Positions 47,263 to 60,091 of a DNA stretch of 64,000 nucleotides are shown here, piece after piece. The position numbers and the translations under genes were made by a program. Position 1 is the first letter of the stretch. Each line of letters begins with the position of its first letter. The DNA lies in assembly GCA_039096225.1 (NCBI GenBank), contig JBBPEB010000014.1, forward strand, positions 1,302,001-1,366,000, read 5' to 3'. The DNA is from Blastocystis sp. Blastoise (Eukaryota > Protista > Bigyra: Opalinata). The notes below the pieces were generated by a model. The model did no database searches. It saw only the letters and a program-made list of their open reading frames with translations, and had not been told where the DNA came from.

Positions 47263-48064
47263 ATATAGCAACTCGATGATGCTGTAGCTAAGGTTAATCA
47301 ACTTAATATTGAAAATGTTAAGAAAGATATGCTTATTGAAGGATATAAGAATTATAATCTTGAAGTTTACCTTAAAGTTGTTTTCACTGATTATATATAT
47401 CCTACTATCATGTCCATTATTGCTCTTATTGGTCAACTTTATGAAACTATTAAGGCTTTCTTAATTAATCTTTATATGACTATACATCAACTCCCTCTTG
47501 TCAACCAAATCTTATCTGTGTATATATTTTATATTTATTTTTATTTATTACACTTTGTTTGTACTAATATTGTTTGATTCAATATAAATATTATATTTAT
47601 GTTTATTCTATTATTTTTAACTATATAGTATGGAATCCATGTATAATCAATATTTAGCTCCTATTGGTATCTATATATATAATAATATATATATATAATA
47701 TAATATATAATAATATATATATATATATCTAGTTGTAAAGTGTGCTCCTTATTTTGAACAATTCAAAGAACTTGCTGCTGATTACGAAACATTCATTGTT
47801 ACCAGAACCAGTTACTATTATGGTGTTTACACTACTGAAATGAAGGATTTCCTTAAGGATAATGCTTATACTCACGATTATGCTGATAGTATCTATAATC
47901 TTATCATGTCTACATTTGTTCTTCTTCTTCTCCTCATCTTTGTCCCTTGTTGTCTCTCTCTTATCTTCTATATCATCACTTTCCCTACACTTCTCTTCAA
48001 GAAATGCTTTGGAAATAATGATGCTAAAAGTAAGAAATCTAATAAAAAAGAAAAAAGAGACTAA
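46544..48064 (+). CDS. Uncharacterised type-I membrane coiled-coil protein with signal peptide and KxKxx ER-retrieval tail
   Basis: Canonical in-frame exons; hydrophobic N-terminus, coiled-coil exons, C-terminal TM, ends KKEKRD. Confidence 0.7.
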
Positions 48065-48321
48065 ATCATTCTTCTTTCATTATTTATATTTATGTAATTG
48101 TTTTTATAAATATTAATATGTTATTAATTTCTTGTGTATATGTATATATATATTCACTTTAAGTTATATGATTTGTAAAAAAAAAGTTTTTTTTTAAATA
48201 TTATTTGTTACATTTATCGTTATTGATATTAATATATATATATCAACAAAAAAAGTTTTTTGATACATGAACTAATAATGACAACTAACAAATAATAATA
48301 GAAACAAAGAATATTTTTAGA

Positions 48322-50038
48322 TTACAGAGATTGAGAAGGAGGTAGATATGGATAATACGAAGGCTGTTCTGGATTAAGAGATTGAGGAGGAATAGGAGGA
48401 TATAGAGAGACTGCTGATGCATGAGAAGAAGAAGATGAAGGAACATAAGGTGATAAAAAGGGCTATAGAATAATCATTATTAGTATATATATATATATAT
48501 GAATAACAGTTCTATAATATTAATATACAGGAAATGGAGATGCTGATAACGAATAACAGACATCTGAAGGCTATATATATATATGCATATATATATTTTA
48601 TAAATGTAATATATAAATAAATATATACATCATTTTTTGAAAGAATAGGTTTGTGTTTTATCGAATGATTTACAGATGTTAATTCTGATTGGTTAGTGGA
48701 GGGGAAAGTACTTTCTGAAGATGGTACTAAATATAAATCAGAACTGTAGTTATTTTGTGAATTCTGTATGTTTGTCAATGTATTTATTGACTTATTAATA
48801 GGAATTGAAGAAGTATTATTATTAATATTATTATTAATATTATTATTAATATTATTATTAATAGAATTTGATGATTGTAGTGGTGAATAGAGCAGAGAAG
48901 AAGATAGAGACATCGTGGATAATGAAGGAGAAGCAGGAGGAACAGGAGAACGAATCATGGGTTGAAATAAAGAGGAATGTAAAGTATTATGATATGATTG
49001 ACTCTATATAGAATTACATACTTTATTGTAAATATAATTCTATATATATACATTGATGAGGTTTTGATAATAATATATATAATCAGAACGAGGTTTTTGT
49101 ATATTTAATCGATATTTCTATGATAAATAAAATATAAATTATGTATATTATAAAGAATAATCATTATACTTGTAAATGCGATTTAATAATTTCACTAGTA
49201 ATACCATCACATTCTTCTTTCATTTCTTCTAAAATAAACCGTGGAGATATCGCTAAATATATATATATATATATAGTAATAGAATATCGAATCATGAAAA
49301 TTATATAGACATTTATGTTTAACATAATGATATATAATATAATAAATTGCTTATAATAAAAAATAGTAAAAATAATAATATATATATCTTAACAGAATAA
49401 CTAATATATATACCTTTGAGTCCATAATCAAATATAGCAGCAACAAATCGTCGATGTAACTCATCACTCCAGAGAAATTTTGGAGACTTCTAGAAAAAAA
49501 AAATATATATATATATGAATATAATTTAACAATACAATTTCTAAAAAAAAAATATATATATATATGAATATAATTTAACAATACAATTTCTAGAAAAAAA
49601 TATATATATATACTTTTCTTTTCTTAGGCATAGAAGGCTTGACGTTTTCTTTCTTAATATTTTTCTTTGAATGCTTTTTGTTTGTTGGAGAGGTTTCAGA
49701 AACATCTGTCTATATGATGAAATAGATGAATATTTATATAGAAAGTATCATACATCATCGTCGTCAATGATGGGAGATGGTGCAATAAAATCATTATCTG
49801 TTCCAAAGTTATTGTCCTCAGACTCATGAACGTGACATGTAGCTTTAGAATTGAGAAAAGTAAAAGTAAATATAGAAATAAACTTACAAGCAAGATTATT
49901 CAACGAACTCACTTTCAAAATTGTTGGTTTTTCATTTAATTGATTGCTAACTATTTGGTTATTCTTGTATTCAAGGTCATATGAATGAAGAGATTGAGGT
50001 ATATCATATTTTTGATTGCTGGAAATAGAAAAGGACAT
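48322..50038 (-). CDS. SHAQKYF/GARP-class Myb-like transcription factor
   Basis: Spliced KFLWSDELHRRFVAAIFDYGLK..SPRFI..IKSHLQKYR; Pro/Ser-rich C-terminus. Confidence 0.88.
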
Positions 50039-51175
50039 GAAAAGTATGCATAAATTGTTCTGAAAATATGAACTTAAATTTTACTTAGATAACTATATGT
50101 TATATGTGTATGTTAAACTTAAAATTCTATTTGCAAATAATAATTCATTTTAGAAAAAAAATAATCTATGAAGAATCGTAAGATAGGTCAAAATGAAGAT
50201 TCTCTTTTTGTGTTGTTCAATAACCAATAGGATTGTCAATAAGTCGACGTTAAAAAATTATTCAGTCAAAAAGAATCTCGTTTGTAAATAAAAAATTTTT
50301 TTTGTTGGAAAACCACGATTATTTAAAAAAAGAGTTTTATTTTTATTATAATTATATAGTTATCCATGAGAAAATTCTATTTTAAATGAATAGACAAAAA
50401 TTCAAGTAAATAAAGATCTGATACAAAGACTGTGAAGATCAGAACGTCAAATTTGTAATTAAATTATAATTGTTGTTTAGTCATGGTGAGAATTTTTGTT
50501 AATTTGTATATATTTCCGTATTATCTGAACTTAATCTTAATGAAAAATAATAAATTACTATTCAAAGTTTTAATTTTTTTAATAATTACTTTTTTTTAAA
50601 GAGTATTCATAGAATTTGATAATTTAAATAACAAAATGAATAACAAAACAAACAAGTATAATAAATTAAAAAAATTAAAAAAAAACAACGATTACTTTTA
50701 TATAAATAAAAAAAAAGTGGAAAGCAAGAAAAAACAAATGATTATCTATAATATTAGTACAAAGATAATGTAGATACATAGATATAAATTTGTTGAATAG
50801 TGTTGATATAAATAGAATGAAAAAAAGAAGAGACAAGAATAAATAAAAGAGACATTAATCGTTATATATAAATAAAATTGTATAATAATATAAAGAGATA
50901 GAAATAAGGATGATAGAAGAGAACAGTATAACACGGAAAACACGATTAAAAAAAAATCTATGATTATATATATATATAAATATATAGAGATAAAAAAACT
51001 GTTGTATTCTTGTAAAAAAATAATTAAAAAAAAATGATATTATAGAAAAAAAATGATACAAAATAAAAAACATATGTTATTATATATTAAATAGAATTAT
51101 ATTGTTATCAAAATAGAGTATATAAATTATATTACAATTCTAAATATTTAAAAAAATTGATGATTTAGATATTTT

Positions 51176-53622
51176 TTATTCTGAGTGACTATTGATTCTA
51201 TTGATATTAGTAGAAGTAGAAGAAGTAATAATAGAGGAGAAAGGATGAATGATAGTATTAGGAAGATATGGAGAAAGAGAAGAAGACGTAGATATATGAA
51301 TATCATTAGGAGATATAGAATGTTCATTATAAATATATTCAAGAGGATGAGAATAAGGAGGAGGAGAAGGAGTTGTTTTTATAGAATTTGAAGTATTTCT
51401 TTCTTTTTGAGTATTGTGAATAATTGATTCTTCACTATGACTTGTTATATCTTTATGATTCATTGATATAGGATGATCTGTATGAATATCTTTAGAATTA
51501 TTAATTGTAACAAAATTAGAGGGTGTACAAGGAGAAGAAATTGATTTATAAGTATATAAAGATCTATGTGGACTTTTATGAATATTATTTGGGTCTCTAG
51601 GAGTTGTAGGAAGAGAAGAAGGAGTAGAAATATGTGGATTTATTATATGTATTGGTGTTGAATCATTGGATATAGATGAAGTATGATTTAATAATGAATT
51701 ATTTTTATAGGATAAACTAAGAAATGAAGAATTTGAATTGTCATCATGTGATTGAGAAAGACTTGATGGTATATAGACTCCACTAAACCGTTTAGGAATA
51801 GATTTCCTTGGAGAATTCATTTGAAATGATGAATATGTAGGAATTACCGTTGGATTTGGAGAAGGAGAAGAAGGAATAACTATATATATATAAATTATTA
51901 TTAATAAGAGAAACTATAGAAATATATATATGTATTAACTGTATTTCTTTCATAAATAATAAAAAAAAAGTTGAATATAATAAAATTAAAAGATAATAAT
52001 TATTATTATAACAATATACTCACAGTCGTATCACCTTTAGTAGACTGTTCTAATAGCTTCTGAATTCGATGAGAATTCTTCTTAAAATAATAAATTAACT
52101 ATATATAAATGATAATAAATATAATAAATATATTTATTATATATATAATAATAATAAATATAAATGTAATAAATATAATAATAAATATAATTATAATAAA
52201 TACAATAAATATAATAATAATATCATATATATACAACACAGTAAGCAATGAGTAATACACTTCCAAAAATAAAAATATGCATAATACAAGTCATATATGC
52301 CGATGATTTCGATTCGAAGCACGATGTACTGGAGGGATATAAGAAAGAACATCCATTAGAAAGTATCGTTGACAAAATGAGAGGGTCTTGAGAATGACGC
52401 ACCTAGAAAGATAAAGAAATATAGATCTTCATTTATTCTTAATAATAGAATATATAGAGATTCAATAAATGTAGAGACATACTTCAATTTTAAGGACTTC
52501 TGAAAACTCTGTAGAATAATAAAAAGGGGAATAATTAGTATTCTTATAACATCCAATAGTAGTAACATCTTTTAGTATAGGCGCTAACCTAGAGATAATA
52601 ATGTATATAATTATTTATAAAGAAGCGTAGAAAAAATAGAATAATATTATTTATATAAAAAAATATTAAAATAATGCAATAAATAAAATAAATATAATAT
52701 AATATAATAAATAATAAAATATAAAAAATAAATAAAATAAATAAAATAAATAAAATAAATAAAATAAATAAAATAAATAAAATAAATAAAATATAACAAA
52801 ATATAATAAAATTAATAAAATAAATACGGAGGTAAATCTACTGAATACGATCCTTTAGATTGTTTTACACGAATACATATATTATTTAAATACTTATGAA
52901 TAGAACAAAGTTTCGTAGTTTTATTCCACTTACCATTCTCATGTTCACATAATATAATACATTCTGTTCTATATATATATATATATATCATAAATTATGA
53001 TAAAATAATTATTTAAAAATGATCATTAAATACAACTATATTTAATAATAAAAAAAAGAGAGAATATAATAGATACTCTATAGTACATTGTAAATCATGA
53101 ATTGATAAATCTACGTTTTTCTCTTTAATAATAGGTGTAGTAAATAAAGTATTATTCATATAATCTATTCTTAAAGTATTTAATGAGGATAATGTATAAT
53201 GAGAAACATATGAATAAGGTTTAGTAGATTTACAACGAGAAGACTCATTTTCAGATACTATACACGAATCACGAGTTGGCCAATACGATCCTGTTTCTAT
53301 ATTTGATATTGCCATTTGTTCTTCATTTGTCTTGAAATTTAAATCATGAAATACTTTTCTTGAATTTGTCCAATCTTCAACTTGCTGATTATATCTAGAT
53401 ATAATTATTAGAAATAAAAATAATATAATAGAAGAACATATACGCCTGAATTAAATCATCTCGATTATTATCTCGAAAAAGCAAAAAAAAACCAATGGCA
53501 AAAAAGAACAACGGAATAAATCCTGAAATCAATAAGATATAATATAATATTCTGTTCCTCTTCTTTATTAAAGGCTCTCTAAGATCAAGAGATTCTTGAT
53601 CCATAACATTTGTTTGACCCAT
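51176..53622 (-). CDS. Two-TM protein with Cys-rich ectodomain and Ser/Pro/His-rich tail (paralog of 54654-56137)
   Basis: GSYWPTRDSC, YLNNICIRV, DLPP, IGCY, KIEVRH..DP; canonical introns. Confidence 0.75.
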
Positions 53623-54653
53623 GGGAAGTACTTACCTTCTTGAATAATTTAACTTCAATATTTATATGTGAAACCACACTGGGTAACCAGAACACAACAA
53701 ACCGTGAACAACTCTATGTATAATAGAGAGAAATTCTATTTATGAGACTATTTTTAACAAATCTTTTTCAATACCATATAATCATTTCTGAAACACGCTG
53801 AACATTGTTTTATCATGTGTCCTTTTTTTGTGTATGCACTGTATACAATACATTTTTATGTGCTGTGACTATTACTATATTCATCTCTAATTATATCTAC
53901 ATAAGTAATTTATGGTATTATTTCGTTAATAGTATGTACTTTACATTGATGGGTAGCCATATGATTCTCTTTATTCTTTACTTTATAATACATTCTATTT
54001 CTCATATGAAGAACGTGTTTGTGATATAAAATATCATGCTTTTATAATGACAAGATCTTTAAAATGATCTTTATTACTCTAAAATCATTTTATTCATTTG
54101 ACAATAAATTGTAGTCAATAAATATATGTAGGTTAAAGGATAATAATGATATTTATATTGTTTGTAGCATTAATTGTGTGTATATTTGATATTATGGCCA
54201 TTCATAGATATTCAATAACAGTATATGAATAGGAGACATATTGTCATAAAGCATATCAAAATAAAAATTAAAAAGAAAATAGTAAAAATCATTAAAAATG
54301 ACTATTTCAATAATTCAGAGCTTTTAAATTATTTGGAGAAGACTAGAAATACAAAAGAACTTACTAAAACAGCAAAACAAAATTGAATGAAGTTCAAAAT
54401 TATATATTTTTTAAGTATAAAACTATATATATATCATGAATCGACTATTTTTTATTCATCTATATTATCTGATTGAATAAACTTCTTAGAAACAAATGAA
54501 AAAGGAATAAAAAATGGAGTTCAATAAAAACTGTAACAAACCACAAATTCACTCAACCGTTTCTGTTTCCCTTAAAAAAATGAACAATTGTGAGTCACAA
54601 GTGAAGCAAGTCCTTTTTCTATTGATTAGAAATATAGAATAGAAATATAAAAT

Positions 54654-56137
54654 ATGGCAAAAGGTAAAGGTAAAGGTAAAGGCAAGGGTGGAGAATATGA
54701 AGATCAAGATCCTATCACTCTTGCTGCTGGATGTGCTATTTGTTGTTGTTTCTTCCCAACAACACTATTGGTTTTAGGAATGATATCATTGTTTGGTATG
54801 AATGATCGTATAGATAGAATAGAATTGTATGTTTTTGATTAATTTGTTTTCTTTTTTATCAATTATTATTTTTGTAGATATAACAGCGATATGCTTCAAT
54901 GGGAAAAGAATAGAGAAACGTTCTCAAGTAGTGTCTTTCGTGTTAATAACGTTGTCATGACAAATGATGACTCTCAAAATGGTTCTTATTGGCCAATTAG
55001 GGATACATGTGACAAGAAGAGTGATCCTGGGATTGGATGTCGTTCAGCAGTTGCTTCATCATATTATATTTATGTCGATTCGAATAATGCCACTGATATA
55101 ACTATATCTGATTCTTCTCATGATATCTATTCAACCAAGCTGCCTTTAGAGACAACAGACACTTATAATTATCAGCATTTCTCCTGTATTACTAGTGACT
55201 TAAATTGTATTATATCAAAATGCAATGCAATTGGAGGTGTGTGGAATACAACTCATTGTATTCAACATTTATTCCTTAATAATATATGTATTCGAGTTCG
55301 AAAAGTGAATTCAATTTATATTCAAGACCTTCCACCGTATATATATAGTTTAAAAATATATATATATATATTTATTATGTTTAGTTCTATAACATTACCA
55401 AATAATCTTCAAAACATAGGTTGCTACTATAGAAACCAGTACGTTCCTTATTATTATTCATCTACTCAGACTCCTATTAAAATCGAAGTATATATATATA
55501 TATATTATAATAATAATATTATTATTATTTGATATCTATATATTTATTATTTACCTTATATAACTCTATATAATTAATTGAATAATAATTATGTACTATT
55601 TATATAGGTACGTCATGCTTACGATCCTGTTGTTTCTGCAGATATACATACATTTGGATGTTCTACGGGTTCTCTCGAGAATGCGGTTTGTTTTGGCCCA
55701 TCGTGGGAAGAACAGATAGGAAGTGGAAATATCTTTCTTACCATTGGAGGCATTCTCCTTCTAGTTTATATATTCGTATTCATATATAGTTTTATTTATT
55801 TTTATTTATGTGTTTAATATACTTTATATACTTATTATTCTATAAATATAAAATATATTTATTTATTTGTTTTTCTTTAGGTAGTGTTATGTTGTATATA
55901 TGTATGTAAGTCAAAATTAACCAATCATTCAGCACCCTCTATTGCTAAATTTCGTATGATTTTAATTATTTTATTAAAAAATAATAACAATAAATATAAT
56001 AATAATAAACATAATAGCAAATATTTCTATACATATATATAGCTAAAATAGAGTCGGAGACAGAATCACTAGAAACACCAATGATATCAACAGTATCGAA
56101 TAAGCAGTCGGTTCCTCAGGTTATTTCTACTCTATAA
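54654..56137 (+). CDS. Two-TM protein with Cys-rich ectodomain and N-terminal (GK)n repeat
   Basis: GSYWPIRDTC, FLNNICIRV, DLPP, IGCY, KIEVRHAYDP; intron positions match the paralog. Confidence 0.78.
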
Positions 56138-56605
56138 ACATGTACAATTATTGAACATAAATATATTTATTAAATCCTGTATTTCTTTTATCGCACATAA
56201 TACTTGTTTTACATATATTTATAATTTATAACAATAAATTCTTTTTTAAATATAAAAATCATTTTGTAAATTATTCTACCATTATTCTTCTAAATAGTTT
56301 GTTATATAGATAAATATCTTTAATATATCTCTTTGTCTATATGCTTAATCATATATATATATATTTTCATATCTTATAGCCATCATATATAGTTACATAG
56401 CACTATACTTTTTATTTGTTTTGTTCTTTCTTCATTATTATGAAAATTCAATAACAATAACAATTTATATATAAATGATTAAACGAATACACAATATAAA
56501 TAATGCTATAATAATAAATAAAAATATAATAATTTCAAAATAAAGAGTAACAAAAATTATATATATATATATATATACATATATAAAGAAAATAGATATT
56601 TATCA

Positions 56606-58114
56606 TTATGCTGAACGGTCCATTTTTAATTCTTCAGATCCTGAATCATTACTCACGGTAATTTTTGCTTCAACAGGTTCAATAGTACCTTTGATTTCTG
56701 GTACACTTAGCATATCATTATTCCCATCTTCTGATTTTATGGAATTTTCTTGTTTTATAGTAATTTTAGAAAGATCTTTTTTTCTTAATAAGATTTCTTG
56801 AGTTTCAGATAAAGGATAAATATATTTATATATCCAAAAGAAAATTTGACCAAAAGCAATAATAATAGCACATATAATAATTTCTAATAAGAATTTTTCT
56901 TCAGTACATTTAGCAGCGTTATTTTCAATAAAAAGTGGAGCGATTAAGAATGCAATTCCACCCGCAATATTTGCAGTAAATCGTATACAAGCATTAGCAA
57001 CAGGTTCATCTCTATATTGAGTAATAATAACAGGTAATAAAGTTTGATAGCCAGTATCTCCAATAGCTAAGAATGCAATAGATAAATAGAATAACCAATT
57101 CTGATAAATACTAGCAGGATAAGATATAATAAGACCAATAAACTCAGAAATAGTAGTTAATAACATAGCTGTTTGAAGTCCTAATTTATCCATAATAGGT
57201 CCAAAGATAAAAGAGAAAATAACCTCAATTAAACTTAAGAAAGCAGTAATAAGACCAATGGATTTAGTATCATCAATTTGTCTATTAAACATAGCATTTA
57301 CAAAAGGCAAACTATATCCCCAAGCGATAGCAATAGGTAATACAATAGCAACACGAGGTTTAATAAATGATTTAAATATAGATTGAAATCGTTTCTTAAC
57401 ACTTGTTTTAGGAGCAGTAGGAGGTTTATATTGATCTGGAATAGATTTAAAACAAAAGAAGAAACTACAACCTATAAAAGATAATAATGCAAAACTAGCA
57501 AACATATAAGAAACACTACCCAACCAACCAGTAGCATTTGGTTGATATTCATAACCAAGAATTGAAAATATATAATAAACAAATAAATTACCCACTATAC
57601 TACCTGTCATATAAATACCCCAAAAAGTACCTGATTTACGACCAGCTGTCTCAGGGGTAGAATTTTCTTTTAAGAAAATAGTTTCACAACTCCAAATCAT
57701 AGATGCAACTATTCCATGAATTAAACTCCACGTTAAATTCAACCATGGAATGAAATAGACAAACATCAATATATATACTCCATATTCTGGTCCAAGAATT
57801 TTCATTCCAAAAGAAGCAGAAGGAAGACGATCAATAATAGATGGACCAATAATAAATGAAACAGCACCTCCTAAATATATAAATGCTACGGAGACAGCAC
57901 CAAGACTTCCTAGAAGAGGAGTTCCAAAACTACCAATAATTTTCAATCCACAAATAACAAAACAAAAACCTAGACTCATTAGAATAATATTTGTATTTTG
58001 TGATCTTCTAACCTGATGTTCTGATGGTTCTTTTATTACTTTTGAAAGGGAACGATGATTATGAACTTTAGGTACCGGCGAAGTAGGTACTGTATTCTCA
58101 ACTATAGGATGCAT
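56606..58114 (-). CDS. MFS transporter, UNC-93-like; intronless
   Basis: About 12 TM helices; HGIVASMIWSCETIFL..GRKSGTFWGIY resembles the UNC-93 motif; GPIMDKLG loop. Confidence 0.82.
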   Translation of the reverse strand: MHPIVENTVPTSPVPKVHNHRSLSKVIKEPSEHQVRRSQNTNIILMSLGFCFVICGLKIIGSFGTPLLGSLGAVSVAFIYLGGAVSFIIGPSIIDRLPSASFGMKILGPEYGVYILMFVYFIPWLNLTWSLIHGIVASMIWSCETIFLKENSTPETAGRKSGTFWGIYMTGSIVGNLFVYYIFSILGYEYQPNATGWLGSVSYMFASFALLSFIGCSFFFCFKSIPDQYKPPTAPKTSVKKRFQSIFKSFIKPRVAIVLPIAIAWGYSLPFVNAMFNRQIDDTKSIGLITAFLSLIEVIFSFIFGPIMDKLGLQTAMLLTTISEFIGLIISYPASIYQNWLFYLSIAFLAIGDTGYQTLLPVIITQYRDEPVANACIRFTANIAGGIAFLIAPLFIENNAAKCTEEKFLLEIIICAIIIAFGQIFFWIYKYIYPLSETQEILLRKKDLSKITIKQENSIKSEDGNNDMLSVPEIKGTIEPVEAKITVSNDSGSEELKMDRSA

Positions 58115-58579
58115 GATACTGATTGATATAAAGGATCAGCAGATAATATGCTTTTCAAGATGAAAAACAAAAATATATTTCTTCAAAAAGTTTCTCATCA
58201 TTTTTATGTATATTTTACTTTTCGTAACAAATTATTAATATTATATTCTTTATTTATAGAAAAATTATTTATATAGTTCTCTGTAGATTCTCTATATAAT
58301 GAACTAAAGAATATAAGAAAATTGAATAATAATTGAAAGTCAATTGAACAATGACTAAGATATCTATGTGATTTAGCTTCAATTAACAAAACAACAAATC
58401 AATAGAATATAAAATATCATCACTCCATACAAAATACTTATGAACACAAAAACAAATTAACAACAAACTAACCAAAAAGGATCTAAAGCAGAAGAATAAC
58501 TAAGTTAAACATGAAATAAAAAAAGAACATATTTAACTATATACAAAATAAATGAAAAACAACATATATATAATGATAA

Positions 58580-60091
58580 TTATGTAGACGAATTAGGATT
58601 TATAGATGGATTTGGAAAATGTGGAGGTACGATTTCTTTGCTATCAATGATTTCATTACTACACGTAGGTTTTTCTAAATTATCACTAAGATTCTTTGCA
58701 TCATTCACTTCAATAGTAGCTGTTTTATCAGAATCGAGATGATTATCTTCAATAGGTTTTATAGTATGAGATTTATGTTGTTTTAGTTGTTGTTTCTTAG
58801 CAAAGAATTGATAGAAAAGAGAATAAGATAATTGAGATAAAACTAAGAAAATAACACATATTATACATTCTAAGATATACATATCTGAAGTACATCGTGT
58901 AGATCCATCTTTGACAAATAAAGGTGCAATCATATACCAAGATCCACAGAAAATACCTTGTAATAATCGGAAAACAGCATTTGTACTATTTTTATCATCA
59001 TAATATTGAGTAATTAAAACAGGAACAATCGTTTGATACCCTGTATCTGCAATAGCAAAGAAAGTAGATGCAAAAAACAGCCACCAATCTTGAGTATCAT
59101 TAGCAATAATACTTGAGCCAAGACCAAGAAGCATTGATATATTACATGCTACCATAACTACATAATGACCATATTTATCAATAGTTCTTCCAAGAATAAA
59201 GGAACTAATCACTTGTATAAGACTATTATAAGCAACAACTAAACCAATATTAGCTCTATCTATTACTTGACGATTAAACATACCACCAACAAAAGAAAAT
59301 TCAATTCCCCAAAAAATTGAAACTCCAGAAAGAATCATTACTTTAGGATTAATAAATGATTTTATTAATAATTTAAATCGTTTATATCCTGAATCTTTTG
59401 TTTTAGGCATTTCTTGTGTATTTCGAGCAATAGATTTCATAAAGAAAAGAGGAATACAACCAAGAGCATCAATAGCTGCAAAGATAATAAACATTATAGA
59501 TAAATTACCTAACCATCCTTGTTTAAGAGTTGAATCATAACCAATATAATTTAAAAAGTACCATGCAAATATATTACCAACAATACTACCGGACATATAT
59601 ATACCCCAAAAAACACCAGATTTCCAACCTCGATCTTCATCTGTAGAATTTTCTGCTAAAAATAAAATTTCACAAGTCCATAAGATAGAAGCACAGAATC
59701 CATGAATTAAACTCCATATTAAATTAAGTGTAGGAATCAAATAACTAAATGTTAACACATATATAAAATATTCTGGAGCAAAAATCAAAATGGCAACTTT
59801 TGGAGACTTAAACCATGAAAGAACAGTAGGAATGACAATGAAAGATAAACCAGCACCATAATTCAATAATGCAATAGAAGTAGCACCTAAATCACCAAGT
59901 AAAGGTGTTGCAAAAGAAGAAACAATCTTTACTCCTAAAATAATACAACAGAATGCAATACTAATCAAATATATATTTCGCATCATAATCTTCTTTGTCT
60001 CTTTTGATAAGATTGGATGCTCTTTTCGTTCATAGGCAGATAATTCATTCTCCAACGCCTGAGAAGTCATACTTCGACTTGCTGAATTCAT
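58580..60091 (-). CDS. MFS transporter, UNC-93-like; intronless tandem paralog
   Basis: Shares TPLLG.LGA, LNL.WSLIHG, SG.FWGIYM.GSIVGN, MFNRQ and DTGYQT with its neighbour. Confidence 0.82.
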   Translation of the reverse strand: MNSASRSMTSQALENELSAYERKEHPILSKETKKIMMRNIYLISIAFCCIILGVKIVSSFATPLLGDLGATSIALLNYGAGLSFIVIPTVLSWFKSPKVAILIFAPEYFIYVLTFSYLIPTLNLIWSLIHGFCASILWTCEILFLAENSTDEDRGWKSGVFWGIYMSGSIVGNIFAWYFLNYIGYDSTLKQGWLGNLSIMFIIFAAIDALGCIPLFFMKSIARNTQEMPKTKDSGYKRFKLLIKSFINPKVMILSGVSIFWGIEFSFVGGMFNRQVIDRANIGLVVAYNSLIQVISSFILGRTIDKYGHYVVMVACNISMLLGLGSSIIANDTQDWWLFFASTFFAIADTGYQTIVPVLITQYYDDKNSTNAVFRLLQGIFCGSWYMIAPLFVKDGSTRCTSDMYILECIICVIFLVLSQLSYSLFYQFFAKKQQLKQHKSHTIKPIEDNHLDSDKTATIEVNDAKNLSDNLEKPTCSNEIIDSKEIVPPHFPNPSINPNSST

